Source of the DNA: Macrostomum hystrix
Lineage: Eukaryota; Animalia; Platyhelminthes
Assembly: GCA_950097015.1 (NCBI GenBank)
Contig: CATNEN010000029.1
Coordinates: 7,874,001-7,938,000, forward strand
DNA length: 64,000 nt
Direction of reading: 5' to 3'
A program made the translations under genes and the position numbers. Shown in pieces: positions 61,881-64,000 of the stretch; position 1 is the first letter of the stretch, and each line of letters starts with the position of its first letter. The notes below the pieces were generated by a model. That model did no database searches and was not told where the DNA came from. It saw nothing but the letters and a program-made list of their open reading frames with translations.

Positions 61881-61924
61881 CTCTCTTGATCACTCTGGTC
61901 TCTGTCTTACTGTAGTCCATTCTC

Positions 61925-62070
61925 CCTATACTCTCTCCTTGTAATCCTATACTCTCTCCTTGTAATCCTATACTCTCTCCTTGTAATCCTATACTCTCTC
62001 CTTGTAATCCTATACTCTCTCCTTGTAATCCTATACTCTCTCCTTGTAATCCTTTACTCTCTCCTTGTAA
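61925..62070. repeat. 21-bp tandem repeat (cctatactctctccttgtaat) x~7
   Basis: Directly visible. Confidence 0.95.
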
Positions 62071-64000
62071 TCTCTTGTTGTCTCATTGTTGCTGAACCTT
62101 TATTTTCCCATTGAATTTATGTCCTATTGCTGAAGCGGCCCTCCCCTACTAAGCAAGGCTGAATAGCTGCAGTTTTTCTTCCCCGATGAGCCGGGAGGAA
62201 CAGCCAGTGCAATCGATCATGCCTTGTTTTGCAAATTGGCGCGGTGGTAGCTGCGATGGTTGCAGCGGTGGCGGTGGAAATGGTAGCATTGAGTCCATTC
62301 TCAGCCCACGCGTGCCACCTCTACTAGGCTAGCTGCGCTGAGCACCGGCTTACCCGGCCAGCGGCGCAACTGTCACCCATTTGAAATTAAATTAGTCGGA
62401 TTCTTTAAATAAGCCTCGACTGGCTTTCCTAGTTTTTTTCATCCATTCATTCACTTAATCCCACTGGGACGGGGCATAGGCCACACTTCCCAGGTCCATT
62501 ATCTCCTTACCCGCCCGTCCGCTCATGAGACCGTTGGGAATAAATTCGACGGCAGGAAAAAAAAGAGAGAAGAAAAAAACTTTTTCTCCTAACTTTTTTA
62601 GCCTTCACAACTTGGTCGCGAGCGGATGATGGGATAAGTGGGTTTCAGCTGACAGTGGACTCCCGTATACTACTCGCAGCACAGAGTACGAAAGGGTCAG
62701 GCGGACAAATCACGGTTAACAGTTTTAGCGACCTACGCCAGCGGCCCTTCAAAGCTCGTTACTAATAGTGCGACGCGGGAATCACAGAATTGATAAAGAG
62801 CTAAGGTGGCAAATGAGTGCAGTAGAGTACCCCCTGCCAGCCAGTCTGCAGGGACTTGATCGAGTACTTGACTCAATTTAGGATCGCGGCCAAGGAACTA
62901 TTTTAAAATAAAAAGTTCGTTAAATTTAATCTTGGCCTTTGTCCCCAAGTGGGTAGCGAGGGAGGACAACGGGACGACTCTATGCGTATGTGGAGTCAGT
63001 GGAATGGGCAGAATTGATAATATGATAATATACGTATAATATAAGGAAGTCATTCTGCAGCCAACAATTAGCCTTCGGGCAATAATAAAATGAAGAAGGA
63101 AGAATGATTTGATCGCAGCAAAGTCCACTTCAGATATTTTATTGATGGTACTAATGGTTTGCGAGAGAATCTGGACCGTTTGCATGGGGATCTACCACTC
63201 TGTTGTAGATCGTTGAGTCCTGTCTCAGTCAGGAATGAAGACTGGAATTAGGTGATGAATCGGCTGGCTCAATGAGCTGACTGCTGGGCCCATCGAGACC
63301 GGCAAAATCCCATCCCGGCGTTTCCTCTTCCCATTTCCCTCTTCATTGCTCTCGCTCCGCTTCTGGCCAGAACCTCGCCGCCCATCTGTGCCTAGGAAAG
63401 TGGATCCCATAATGCCGCTCTGATGGGATCAGATGAGGGAGGAGGCTGGGTTTGGGGAAGAATGACCCGATGAAAGCAGACGCGGCCGATGTTTGTGGAG
63501 TCATCTCACCCGGTCACCTGATGAGACAAAATGTAAATTAAGAACTACAACATTGTTTATCACAGTCTGCCCTACATCCAACTTCGCCCGATTACTTTTA
63601 CACGAGGAGCTGCAGCCGATTGCTGACTGACTGGCTGGCAACAGGATACCTAATCTGGGACGGCACGCCATCACTGCGTTTTCCCATCCGGGGAGGTGGA
63701 AGTTCGGCTCGAGCCAGAAAAATTTTCTTCCTATGAACTCCGGCGAGATCTTTGTCGAATGTTGCGTGAACGCTCGGCTTCTTGGCTTTTTATGTCAGGA
63801 AGATTTCTGTTTTACTCCAGTACAGAACTAAGAGGGCTGAGCGATAAAATGAAGTCCTATCCGACACCCGTAGGGAATATTATATGCTTTCTCAAACTCG
63901 GTGAAATGCTGGCAGGCAGTTGTGCAGTTACCAAGTAATACAGTTTGAAGTTTCGAATTCTTAATTATTGTCCCATGAAGACAGGCCAATCAATCTCTAC

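Noticed and set aside
60140-64000. First coding exon of the innexin
   Set aside because: No minus-strand segment encodes an innexin N-terminus (DD..DRL..YT-like) with a phase-1 donor. The short ORFs here look non-coding.

Overview
This is eukaryotic (invertebrate animal) genomic DNA, not prokaryotic. It has GT-AG spliced genes with GC-rich exons, AT-rich introns, an innexin and many minisatellites. A flatworm such as Macrostomum is my inference and is not provable from the sequence. I assembled five genes by hand from splice signals and frame continuity. (1) A complete 9-exon SLC7/LAT-type amino acid transporter (- strand, 15652->3101, 492 aa), whose large introns are filled with satellites and SINEs. 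(2) A small + strand gene missed by the ORF track (21737->23850) predicted to encode a 100-aa prepropeptide: signal peptide, acidic pro-region, KR site and a 57-aa six-cysteine mature peptide. This is the most novel-looking item. (3) A full-length 19-exon outer-arm beta-type axonemal dynein heavy chain (- strand, 46846->27777, about 4,540 aa) with seven frameshifts, all +1 (mod 3), and no in-frame nonsense codon. (4) An unrecognised secreted protein with two tandem paralogous phase-1 domain exons (- strand, 50992->48846). (5) The last two coding exons of an innexin (- strand); its first exon was not found in the window. Non-coding DNA holds about 12 distinct tandem arrays, three tRNA-derived SINE families and one MITE-like family. 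Notable non-coding structures include a 2.25-kb AG-free satellite that appears to supply the 3' splice signals of an SLC7 exon, a triple MEF2+CRE module with inverted repeats, and RFX/forkhead motifs at the dynein promoter. Coordinates were read by eye, and no database search was run.
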